Source of the DNA: Octopus vulgaris
Taxonomy: Eukaryota
Direction: 5' to 3'
Length of the DNA: 64,000 bases
Assembly: GCA_951406725.2 (NCBI GenBank)
Contig: OX597822.1
Location: forward strand, 41,540,001 to 41,604,000
Shown here: positions 25,690-38,195 of the stretch, one piece after another
How the letters are laid out: each line of letters opens with the position of its first letter
Numbering within the stretch: the first letter of the stretch is position 1
Notes under the pieces: model-generated
Databases searched by the model: none
What the model was told of the DNA's origin: nothing
The model's input: the letters and a program-made list of their open reading frames with translations, nothing else
Translations under genes and position numbers: made by a program

Positions 25690-26186
25690 TGTAGTTGTGT
25701 GAGTGTCTGTCTCCTACGATTTAGATTCCTAACTCCTCCCACATTTTGCGGTGCAGTTTAACCAAATTCGGGTATCTTATAGTCGTGATTAATATCGAGC
25801 CCGTCTGCCTATTAGCGCGCGTCTACGATGAGTCTACGATTTTAAAAATAATTTAACATCATTTTTTATTCCATTTTAATGCATAATTTTTCGTGTGTCG
25901 ATGGCGGCGGAGTTGGCGTCCATGGTCACACCTGCACCTGTTTGCTTCTCCCCCTTCTTCCCTCCCTCGTGAAGCTGTGGGGAAGGGAGTTTAAGGAAAT
26001 CAACGTCGTAATGCGTTGTCAAAGAGACCAGCGTTCTTTTAGAACAACGACTTCATGGCTTGAAGACACCAAAACAGAAATGGCTAAGAAAGCCCGAATT
26101 GGCATCTATAAGGGAAGTAACTCTCTAAAAATGCTTATATAGTTATTTCCCTTACAAACCCGAGCAACGCCGGGCGATACTGCTAG
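25676..26186 (+). mobile_element. Non-autonomous Helitron, copy 1
   Basis: Ends with hairpin CCCGAGCAACGCCGGG, then 8 nt, then CTAG (26183-26186) followed by T. Begins TATATATATAAAACTG. Confidence 0.85.
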
Positions 26187-26701
26187 TATATATATAAAAC
26201 TGTAGTTGTGTGAGTGTCTGTCTCCTACGATTTAGATTCCTAACTCCTCCCACATTTTGCGGTGCAGTTTAACCAAATTCGGGTATCTTATAGTCGTGAT
26301 TAATATCGAGCCCGTCTGACTATTAGCGCGCGTCTACGATGAGTCTACGATTTTTAAAATAATTTAACATCATTTTTTATTCCATTTTAATGCATAATTT
26401 TTCGTGTGTCGATGGCGGCGGAGTTGGCGTCCACGCTCAAACACCTGCACCTGTGTTTGCTTCTCCCCCTTCTTCCCTCCCTCGTGAAGCTGTGGGGAAG
26501 GGAGTGTAAAGAAATCAACGTCGTAATGCGTTGTCAAGGAGACCAGCGTTCTTTTAGAACAACGACTTCATGGCTTGAAGACACCAAAACAGAAATGGCT
26601 AAGAAAGCCCGAATTGGCATCTATAAAGGAAGTAACTCTCTAAAAATGCTTATATAGTTATTTCCCTTACAAACCCGAGCAACGCCGGGCGATACTGCTA
26701 G
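26187..26701 (+). mobile_element. Non-autonomous Helitron, copy 2 (head-to-tail)
   Basis: Near-identical to copy 1, with the same hairpin and CTAG at 26698-26701. Confidence 0.85.
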
Positions 26702-26871
26702 TATGTATATATATGTATATATGAATGTTTATGTTATACATTGATATACTTATGCATATATGTGTACATATATATATATATATACACACACACACATGCA
26801 TATGCATTTTCATACATATATATGATCATGTGTGTGTGTGTGTGTGCGCACGCATGTATATGTGCGTTGTC

Positions 26872-26916
<45 letters not shown>

Positions 26917-26924
26917 TTTATTTA

Positions 26925-26961
<37 letters not shown>

Positions 26962-27481
26962 TATATATATATATATATGCACATACATACATACATAATA
27001 CATACATACATACATACATTGAGTAATGATGTCGTAAAAGATGCTTCCCTCCACTTTAACAGTAAGAAATATCTAAGGAGGCTGTGAGGGAGAGAGACGG
27101 TATCCAAAGCAAAAATACCATCCATCTTCGTAGTGTTGACCATCATAGAATAAGAGAGTCAGACAAGTAGTCTCTTCCGAGAAGGTCTCCCTTGATACGA
27201 ACATCGAGCATCAATCGATAGACGGAAGTAGGAAATAGTCCAACTGGGTGTTAATGGCGAGGAGTTCTGAAATAACCCAGGAACAAATTCTGGCAGCCAT
27301 TTGACGCCACATTCACTACATGTTCTTCTCCGTGCTCTCTCTCTCCCTCTCTCCCCCTCTCTCTCCCCTCTCTATCTCTCTCCTACATCTTCTCACCCTT
27401 TCGCTTTCCCTATCTCTTTTACCCCCTCTCTCTCTTTCTTTCTCCTCCTTTCTCTCTCTATATATATATGTGTGTGTGTAG

Positions 27482-27666
<185 letters not shown>

Positions 27667-27760
27667 TATACATGTGCATGTACGTAAGTATGTACGCGTG
27701 TATAAATACATGTGTACATATATAGGTATATATATTTGTATGTATGTATGTAAATGTGTG

Positions 27761-27796
<36 letters not shown>

Positions 27797-28506
27797 TAAA
27801 CAAATACATACACATATGTATATACATATGTACATATGTATATGTGTATATACATATATATATATACATATATTTATATATATATGTTTGTATATATATA
27901 TATATACTTGTGTGTATGCATATGTATCGTATATATATATATAAATGTGCGTGTGTGTATGTGTATATGTATGTAGTACACATGTATATGTGTATGAACG
28001 TATGTATGTATATATGTTGCTTTTTTCCTCTACCCTCCCTCACTCTCCCCTATTCCCCCCTCTTTTTAACTCATGCACTTTTCATAACCTGACATGCTGA
28101 GAAAATGGCGCTCACTCATACTTTCCGTTGTCGCATACAATTGAGACGAGATCTTGTCGATATGATCGCGCATGTGCCTCCACAGGTTTGTGTGTGCATG
28201 TGTATGTGCGTGTAGATGTGTGTGTATGTGTGTGTGTCCATGTCTGAGTGGGTTATGTGTGTGTGTGCGTGTGTATACACGTAAACACATATATGGGTAT
28301 GAATACGCAGGCACATACATACTTTTACTGATTTCAGTTAGTGCGTTGTGGTCATACTGGGGCACGTCTTCAAGGGGTTTAATGAATCATATCTATCCTA
28401 GGACCTATTCAACTTTAGTATATGCTATATCCATGCGGCATACGTTTAGGTAAATATGTGTATATTTGTCTCTGTGTGTTTGTGTGTGCGTGTGTGTGTG
28501 TGTGTG

Positions 28507-28549
<43 letters not shown>

Positions 28550-28647
28550 TTTTATTTTTTACTTGTTTCAGTCACTAGAAGAATCTCAGTCGAATGAACC
28601 GATCCCTGTACTTTTTTGTTTCTTAACACAGATACACAGACTCACAC

Positions 28648-28764
<117 letters not shown>

Positions 28765-28779
28765 TGTTTACATGCATAC

Positions 28780-28812
<33 letters not shown>

Positions 28813-28815
28813 TAC

Positions 28816-28866
<51 letters not shown>

Positions 28867-29117
28867 AATATATACGTATTTCCTTCGCAAGAAATTTGTT
28901 TAAAGAAATCCGCATATCAACTGGTGTTATCAAATATATTGAAAGAAATTGCCACAGTATATATTGATAAACTGTCCAATAGGTTAATAAAAGAAAATGG
29001 AGGAGAAATATAGTGGATACTTAGTTAATTTTATTTGTATATCGATGAAAAAATGTAATACAAATAAGATTTGAGATTTAAAGCAACAGAATCAACAAGA
29101 ATATAAACATAAACTAA

Positions 29118-29218
29118 TTCTACATATGTTTCAATCCGGCCATTAGATTCAGATCATTACCATTCAAGTGATGTTAGATGTAAAATAACTCCACATTATG
29201 TCCGGATATCATCAGGAA
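29118..29218 (-). ncRNA. Type I hammerhead ribozyme candidate with a long stem II insertion
   Basis: Minus strand reads TTC-CTGATGA-T-ATCCGGACAT...(~55 nt)...ATGGCCGGAT-T-GAAAC-ATAT-GTA-GAA. Palindromic stem III ACATATGT, GUA cleavage triplet, stem I TTC/GAA. Confidence 0.7.
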
Positions 29219-29414
29219 GGATGTTTACTATCTGGTGGTGAGCAACGGGATAAGTAAGATGAGGACCGTATTTTCAAATATTCAAATAACGCAAACAATA
29301 TTTTATTAGGACGCCGAGCTCGAGTGGGGAGATATTACCTAATGAAATCTTGCTAAAATACTATAATGTATTCGAAAAATAGACTTAGAAGTGTTAAGGG
29401 GTATAAAGTAGTCC

Positions 29415-29566
29415 TTTATTTACATTATTTACATTCCACGGATATTTGTCTTCAACTTGTTTGTTGTTAACACAACGTTTCGGCTGATATACCCTCCAGC
29501 CTAGTTCAAGTGTCTCGCGGAAATTTCGAACCTGGATTCTCATTCCTAAGGTTGTTGTTTTTCCGA

Positions 29567-29597
<31 letters not shown>

Positions 29598-29745
29598 GTT
29601 GTTGTTGTTCAGGTCATTGCTTGAAATCGATCTTGGAATCTTGGAGTTAGTAGCCCGCGCTCTTAAGCACTACGCCATATGCCCGTCGAATGTAAATAAT
29701 GTAAATAATGTACAGAATTCCTCATCTCTTAAATATAGGACTGTA
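29415..29745 (-). mobile_element. Composite repeat: inverted termini, tRNA-like head, (TAA)n and hammerhead remnant
   Basis: ACATTATTTACATT..ACGG (about 29422) is inverted to CCGT..AATGTAAATAATGT (about 29683). tRNA-like GGGCATATGGCGTAGTG... at 29684-29608. Hammerhead remnant at 29470-29514. Homolog at 51040-51303. Confidence 0.7.
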
Positions 29746-30062
29746 TATAAAGTAGTAGTTTAATTAGAATATGGGTTGTTATCAACTGTTAAGAGTATTG
29801 AAGACAAAGTGAGAAACGGAATAGATTTTTGAAGAGGAAAATAAACATAAATGATTTGGAAAAGAAAAAAGAAAAACAATTCTATATTATGTTGTAAAAT
29901 AACCATTAATTATTTAGCATTTCAATGTACTCACGTATACATTCCATTATTCAGAGAAAGTTATTATTTACATACTTCGGAGAGGAATTTAAATATTTAT
30001 GCGAAAAAAATTAAGTAAGGGTATAGAGAGAAAAATAGATTTTATGAGGTGGGTGGAATTAC

Positions 30063-30368
30063 CATAACGATAAACGTCGCCCTTTTCAAGTCTAACCAGG
30101 CTCGTAGGCCCGGTTTCCCGGTTTCTATGGTGTATGTGTTCCTCCCAGCTGGACGAGACGCCAGTCCATCGCAACGTTACTCAAGAAACAGGAAGAGAGA
30201 GTTGTGGCGAAAGAGTACAGCAGGGATCACAACCACCCGCTACCAGAGCCTCGTAGAGCCTTTAGGTGTTTTCACTCAATAAACAGACAACGCCCGGTCT
30301 GGGAATCGAAACCGCGATCCTCCGACTGTGAGTCCGCTGCCCTAACCACTGGGCCATTGCACCTCCAC
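30063..30368 (-). mobile_element. tRNA-derived SINE with 13-bp target-site duplication
   Basis: Head GTGGAGGTGCAATGGCCCAGTGGTTAGG...GGTTTCGATTCCC. TSD TGGGTGGAATTAC at 30050-30062 and 30369-30381. Confidence 0.9.
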
Positions 30369-30832
30369 TGGGTGGAATTACGAAATGTGACAAAATGTGA
30401 GAAAAGTGGGAGAAGAAACACATATAGTATTTTTTGTGGGGTCTAAGATACAAAAATAATTAAGAGATAAGAGAAAAAAGGAGAAACGTTATTTTATACT
30501 GTAATACAACGATATCATTTTAGAATGTATTTCGGAGAATTGTTACAATAACTTTTATTATTTAGCATTTCAATGTACTAAGTTATACTTTCCATTGTTC
30601 AAAGAAGATGTATTAGGTATATAAAAAAGTTATTGTGCACTTATTTGCAAAAAAAATTTGTAAATGTGAGGTAGTTTTTATAATCCGTCGCATTTTTCTA
30701 AAGTATAATTGTAATAACTAGTAATCTCCCTTCGTTTGTGTGGTTAAAATTTTTCCTTTACAGTTTTATTATGATGAAAAAAATTATCATTTGTTTTACA
30801 AGGGAATTATATAAGATTTATGGATAATATGG

Positions 30833-30897
<65 letters not shown>

Positions 30898-30903
<6 letters not shown>

Positions 30904-31441
30904 TATTGGGATCGCCTTAAAGCCTTGAAACTTTACTCCCTCCAGCGTCGCCGTGAGCGGTACATCATTTGTACGATGTGGAAAATATACCGCCAACTTT
31001 GCCCAAACGGCCTAAACATTAGCTTCAAGGTTCATCCAAGACTTGGACCACGGGCTATACGTCCCCTGCCAAATTCAAGATCACAACATACATGTACACT
31101 GCAACATAATTTCTTTTCCTCAACAGGCCCTGCCCTATTTAACATTGTCCCGAGGGAGATCAAAGAGGAAAAGGATCCCATCAACTTTAAACAGAGTCTG
31201 GATAGATTCCTTCAAAGAATACCAGATAAGCCACCCATAATTGGATACAACTCACCCAACAAGAACTCACTACTTGAACAAAACTGGATACAACTCACCC
31301 AACAAGAACTCACTACTTGAACAAAACTTGACTTAAACAAAACTTGACTTAAACAGGATTCGAATAATCCTATCAGGTGGTGCTATTAAGTTAGACATGG
31401 CCTGGACCAATCTTTGGTCGAAACATATCTAAGTTTATCTA

Positions 31442-31447
<6 letters not shown>
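30898..31447 (+). mobile_element. LINE 3' end (CR1/L2-group) with (ATCTAAGTTT)n tail
   Basis: YWDRLKALKLYSLQRRRERYII...GPALFNIVP...FKQSLDRFLQRIPDKP. (TA)n on both sides. Confidence 0.85.
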
Positions 31448-31913
<466 letters not shown>

Positions 31914-32190
31914 GTGGTGCATATGTAGATAGATTAAAAGATTCATTAGTTGTTGGTGGTTTCTAAGATTTTAGGAAATAACAGATAAAGTCTTAGTAAT
32001 AGCATATATATATATGAACAAAAGACGTAGATAATACGTTAATTGCGAAATCACAGGTGATCTGGAACTAAATTCTGTTTTTTAAATGTCTGGCTTCGAG
32101 AGCTACATTCGGTACGATTCGTTTATTTTGGGTAGTAATGACTTTGAAAGTCCCTCCTAGCGTGTGGCATTTATGTGTAATAATGCCCTC

Positions 32191-32232
<42 letters not shown>

Positions 32233-32237
<5 letters not shown>

Positions 32238-32680
32238 TTTTTTCCAGGAGTCTTGGGCACATTTTGACATTGAATATCTCGAAAACTATTAAGGACATAA
32301 AAATGCATCTGATATATTCTGAAAGCGTGCAATTTCAAGATTTTTATGGAATGTTCAATATGAGCACTGTTGGTCACACGACACACATCAAGCCGATAGT
32401 CCAATTCTTGTCAAACGAGTTCCAGCATTGCGTTGTCGATGGTTGCAACAGCTTTCGTTATTCGGGCCTTTAGATCATCCATGTCTTTTGGAAGGGGAGG
32501 CACGGAGACCAGTCCTTTCACAAACCCCCACAAAAAGAAATCGCATGGTGTGAGATCTAAAGACCTGGGAGGCCAGGGCATGGCAACGCGATCATCTCGC
32601 CCAGACCGTCCAATCAATCTGTCTAGCAGTGTTGTGTTCAGATACTGTCTAACCCTGAGACTCCATCCTGTTGGAAAAGG
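32233..32680 (-). mobile_element. Tc1/mariner-superfamily 3' fragment (WPPRSPDLTPCDFFLWG type)
   Basis: WPPRSLDLTPCDFFLWGFVKGLV..PPLP...LKARI..A.ATID..ML...ELDYRLDVCRVTN.AHIEH. Confidence 0.85.
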
Positions 32681-33411
32681 AAGTCGTCAGACTCTTCCTA
32701 AAAACTTCTCAAACTTAAGGAGATGGGCCCCTTAGATACTAACATGGACCCCTCCCCCCATATATGGATTCTAATGGCGCAGGGGTCCACTTGCCAGCGA
32801 GCAAGCTGGCAACCTGGACAGTCCGCCACTGTATGTATATATATTTCTCACTTTGTGTGTATATGTGTATGTGTGTGTGTGTACATGTATGTATAAGAGT
32901 GAATGTAGTTGTGAGTGTGAGTGCGTGTATGAGTAGGGACCCATATCTGTTCTGGCAATTAATAATAATTAAAATGCACCAGAATATGGACGAGGATTGT
33001 ATAATTAGATATGAGAAGCGGTAGAGGAGAGGGATATTACATAGAAGAAATATCAAACAGCGGAACATAACAAATATATGATTGCGTGGGAGTGATGCGC
33101 ATGTGAGTGCTCAACTTTCTTTGCATACGCATGCCTGTGCACGTTCCTCTTATCCTCTCTCTTTCTCCCTCTCTATCTATCTTTATATTTATCTCTTTGT
33201 GTGTGCGCATTTATAGATAAGTAAGCTGACAAACGTGTGCGTGTATGGATGTGCATATGTATGTATGTGTTTACAAACGGTAGAAAGAAGACTCAGAACG
33301 TAAAGAAGAACCAGATTAGCTAAGAATTCTTCAAGAGTTATTTATTAAATGATCCGGAGTTTGGTGTTGAAACACGGGACTTTAGTGTTTCGAGTAATTC
33401 AGCTAATAAAA

Positions 33412-33484
<73 letters not shown>

Positions 33485-33487
33485 TTA

Positions 33488-34379
33488 CGTGGTCTGATCA
33501 ATAAGTATCCGGATTGTTGTCGTAGTAACGAAGTTAAAGCACGTAGAGTGAAGTCGCTCGACACAATTGACCTTGAACTATCCTATGCATGTGCACTACG
33601 TGTTAACGGTCTATCTCATTTCCGCTGTTTACAGCAATGCTTTGAAGGAAAGTGTGTAGTGTGTGATCGACGCATTGAGCATGACAGAAAAAAGTTGAGT
33701 AGAGAATCTGTATCAAAGTTTGCCGAAAGCTGGCGATACCTGCTCAGAGGCCTACGCAAAGTTTTCAAAAAGTTTTCATCGCTCTCGACACAATTAAAGA
33801 TCTTGAGCAACTGAAACCCGGGTGTATTTTAGGTCAGCTGAAGGCATTTTTGGCACAAACTTGGCAGACACGCATCCCATACCCAAATCTTTAGTGATAA
33901 TGGACTGAACTGAACCGTGACTAATCTGAACGTCCTCTTATAACTCACGGATGGCGATTCGACGATTTCCATTCACAGCTCCACTCACATCTGTGATATT
34001 TTTTCTCAGTTCTGCTGGTTGCTGGTCTCCCAGAACGTTCGTCAATATCGACATTTTTTCGGCTATCTTGGAAACGTCTGAACCATTCGTACTCTTGTAT
34101 GCAGCTCATACACTCCTCTCCATACACTTTCTGCAACTTTGCGTAGGCTTCTGAACAGGTATCGCCAAGACATCTTTATCATAGTCAATGCGACATTAAC
34201 ACGCTACACACGTTAATTCCAAACACTGCTGTAAACAGCAGAAATAAATTAGAACGCTAAGACTTAGTCGCATACACAGCAGAGTCTAAGGTTAATCTGT
34301 GGCAATCGGTTTCACTTTGCGTGCTTTAGCTTTGTTACTATGGCAACAGTCCGTTTACTTATTGATCAGATCTTGCACG
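33488..34379. mobile_element. Rearranged mariner: two 5' ends joined in inverted orientation
   Basis: TA-CGTGGTCTGATCAATAAGTA... on the left is mirrored by ...TACTTATTGATCAGA..CACG-TA on the right, with ~270 bp of inverted similarity. The minus arm encodes QKVYGEECMS..YEWFRRFQD..ERSGRPATSR and SAKFVPK. No catalytic domain. Confidence 0.85.
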
Positions 34380-34392
34380 TACATACATACAT

Positions 34393-34425
<33 letters not shown>

Positions 34426-34456
34426 TACACACACACACACACATACACACACACAT

Positions 34457-34533
<77 letters not shown>

Positions 34534-34559
34534 TGTATGTATATATATATATAATGCAA

Positions 34560-34900
34560 CAAAAACGCAATAGAGGACAATAAACATCCGGACAGAGAGA
34601 CAATACAAGGTGGACAGGAGAAACAACAATTAGAAGTACAGGCAAAAAAGACGTGTCATTCGTAGCCTTCTTTCCTCAGTCAAGTATATCAGAAGTTCTT
34701 ACTGTTTCGGGCAGTTATGCTTGAGACAGTTCGATCTGGTTGCGCCCCCACCCCCACCCCCGCCCAAAAAAGTCTAAGCTAAGAGCATTAGACTGTTTTG
34801 TAAGAAAGCTAGCGAATGTGTACAGCAACAAAGACAAAAAATGGAGAACATGGTACACAATTACGAATACAAACAAGAATATATCAACAGGTGCCATTCG
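34560..34900. mobile_element. Non-coding repeat related to the 61975-63103 direct repeats
   Basis: Shares AGCCTTC..CAGTCAAG, CTAAGC.AAG.GCATTAGA and AAGAAAGC..CGAATGT.TACA blocks with the reverse complement of 62090-62240. Confidence 0.5.
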
Positions 34901-35094
34901 ACTGAAAACGAATCAGATTGAGCTGGCGTGTATGAAGGGAAAACCTAAAGGCAGGAACATAGGAAATGGACATAAGAAGTGTTGGCGGTCGGCAGTCGGG
35001 CTAAGAAAGAACAATCAGGGCTGGCTGGACACCGGTCACGTGGAAGGAGAGAGTGGTAGGGGCAGTGGGATTGAAGGATTATATATATATAATT

Positions 35095-35312
35095 AATCCA
35101 AAACAAAAGAAAACGAAAAAACACGAGAAAATCAACAACACGAGGACATGGTACATGCAAATTATTAAAAGACACTCTGGGAATGAAAGAATGGGTGTTT
35201 TTACGTTTCGTGCAAAGCTGTTCTTCAGAAACAGGAGACAGAGGAAAGTCCAAGAGAAACGGAAGACGGAGGAAAACAATCGCCAACAATCCAAGTGCAG
35301 TTACATTTTGGA
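35095..35312 (-). mobile_element. Short hammerhead-bearing repeat
   Basis: Minus strand reads TTT-CTGAAGA-A-CAGC(ttt)GCAC-GAAAC-GTA-AAA at about 35197-35232 (stem II eroded). Same family as 46680-46878. Confidence 0.7.
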
Positions 35313-35387
<75 letters not shown>

Positions 35388-35564
35388 CGTGTATGTAGGG
35401 TGCGTGTGTGGTAAGAATTTGTAAGCCTATTACTTATTCTATCGGACTCTTTTGCCGAACCGCTAATTTACGGGGACGTAAACACACCAGCATCGGTTGT
35501 CAAGCTATGTTGGGGGCACAAACACAAACACACACACACACACATACATACGACGGCTTCTTTT

Positions 35565-35762
35565 TGTAGTAGTTGTTTTGTTGTTGCTGATGTTGTTAGT
35601 GAAGATGGTAGTAGTGTTAGTGATGACGATGCTGCTGCTAATGGTGCTGCTGCTATTGGTGCTGCTGCTGCTGCTGCTACTGCTGATGTGATTTGTTGTG
35701 ATGGTGATGGTGTTGGTGGTGGTGATGTTGCTGCTGCTGCTGATGATGATGATGATGATAAC

Positions 35763-35795
<33 letters not shown>

Positions 35796-36175
35796 AATGA
35801 TGATGATAACGATGATGATGATGATAATGGTTAATGGCAGTGACAGTATTATTGGTCGGGATTTTAGTTGCGGTGGTGATTTTGTTGATGGCGGCGGCGG
35901 CGGCGGTGGCGGCGGCGGCGGTGGCGGCGGCTGCAGTGATGATGGTGGTGCTGGTTGTGGTGGGGTGGCGGTATAAGACAAAAAAAAAGTATCAGCAAAA
36001 ATGGCAACAAACACTACAAAACAACAACTGTAACATCAAGTTACATCAACCACTGATACAATAAAGACAACCATAACAATATCAACAACAAAAACAATCA
36101 CAAAAACAACAATAACAACCACAACAACTACAATAACAACAACAATAACTAATGTATAAATCCAGCAACAACAAC
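35565..36175. repeat. Compound trinucleotide tract (GCT/GAT/GGC/ACA)n
   Basis: Direct inspection. Confidence 0.85.
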
Positions 36176-36526
36176 AAAATCGTTAAAATAGAAGAAAAAA
36201 AATGAATGACAAATTAGAGATTAAGCGGTGTGTGGTAGTCGCCATTGTTGACATGTAAGCTTTCTATCTTAAAGGTTAGAGAGTTCGAATTACAGTGACC
36301 TTTCTTGAGGAAGCTGTGGCCACCATGGTTGAAGAGATTGCTGTCTGATGCATCATCTCAAAATCTGACGAATCTTTGCAGTCAACTGTAACCATTCTTA
36401 GAATATGGTGCCGATGTTGGCGGTGATTGGGGGAAGTGGGGACTTTAAGGATATCGGATGAAGTACAGGACATATTGATTACAACATAGCAAAAGGCCTC
36501 CCTCTCTGCTTCATTAGTTGCACGTA

Positions 36527-36557
<31 letters not shown>

Positions 36558-36573
36558 CTATCTATCTATCTAA

Positions 36574-36647
<74 letters not shown>

Positions 36648-36842
36648 CTCTCTCTATATATATATATATATATACGTATGTATACATATATATGTATGTG
36701 GATGTATGAAAATGTGTAAGAATGTGTGTTCAGGCGTATATGTACTTTGGGATGTGAATCTGCACATATCCATAATTTGTGAATATGTGGGAATGCGTGT
36801 GTTAGTATATACGTGTGCTGTATGTATTATATGTCATATATG

Positions 36843-36889
<47 letters not shown>

Positions 36890-37069
36890 GTATATACATA
36901 TATATATATATATACATATACAAATATATATATATGTATGTATGTATGTATGTACATACATATTTTATATCTTTCTCTTGTTTCAGACATTCAGACATCT
37001 GATTAAGGCCATTTTCTATCTTGACTTTTTTCCATATATATCAACTCGTGTGTTCCTTTTCAACTTTCT

Positions 37070-37113
<44 letters not shown>

Positions 37114-37456
37114 CAAATAAATTTTTTATACTTTTATACAGTTAGGAAATTTTACAAATACACTTTTTCAAGGAAATATGATAAACCTATTATAACGGCT
37201 AATACTACATGTACTTTCCATATTTTTATATTGAAATGTAAATGTTTGCGGTTGAAGAGAGCTTTAAACCATCTATTATATCAATAATACACTGATGTAA
37301 TAACGGATTGTTTATAACGTTTGAAATACGTGTACCGCGATATCCTTTGTGTTTTGTTATTAAATTTATTTGATATATTCTCTCTCACCTCTGCCACTAT
37401 CTGGCATATACAGGTGCTTACACTTATCAAGAATTCACCCTAAATTTACAGTACCT

Positions 37457-37509
<53 letters not shown>

Positions 37510-37916
37510 GTATATATATATATACACACGCACATACCATTTTTATTGCTAAATATTACGGATGGTAAAAATTTTAAGAAAAATTTTAAATACTTTGTAA
37601 GCATAAGCAATTTATTGCACACAAATTTTAACAAAAAAAATTAAGTGGACCTTCAAGGGCCATATGCACCCTGGTTGAGAACCTTTGGCAGGTGGATATC
37701 AATAATACACTCATATCCCCCAACACTGCATTAACAGGAAACGTGGGCTCGTGTCTCACAGGAAGCCTTCAATTTTTACTATTCAAAAGAGTTTTTCAAC
37801 CCAATATTTACATGCTATTATTTATAGCACCATGTGCTTCGAGATCCACTGTTCGAGAAAATCAATTATTTCATATTCTGTCGAAAGTTTATAAATTCTT
37901 ATGATGTCAACAACAT

Positions 37917-37988
<72 letters not shown>

Positions 37989-38136
37989 GTGTGTGTAAGT
38001 GATGAGAGAATTCCTGACGTAGTTCCAGAGAAAATTATACCTTAACTGTGAATGACATCAGGTAGCCCAAACGGTGAATGTGCTTTAATCGGCATACTAA
38101 TAAACAAAGTCCAAATTATTGCTGATATATATATAT

Positions 38137-38195
<59 letters not shown>

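Noticed and set aside
29608-30368. tRNA genes
   Set aside because: A- and B-box-like sequences are SINE heads without a proper acceptor stem, continuing into repeat bodies.
35505-36014. Poly-Pro/Ile/Thr ORF as a low-complexity protein exon
   Set aside because: Compound trinucleotide repeat running into a SINE, with no splice or domain support.
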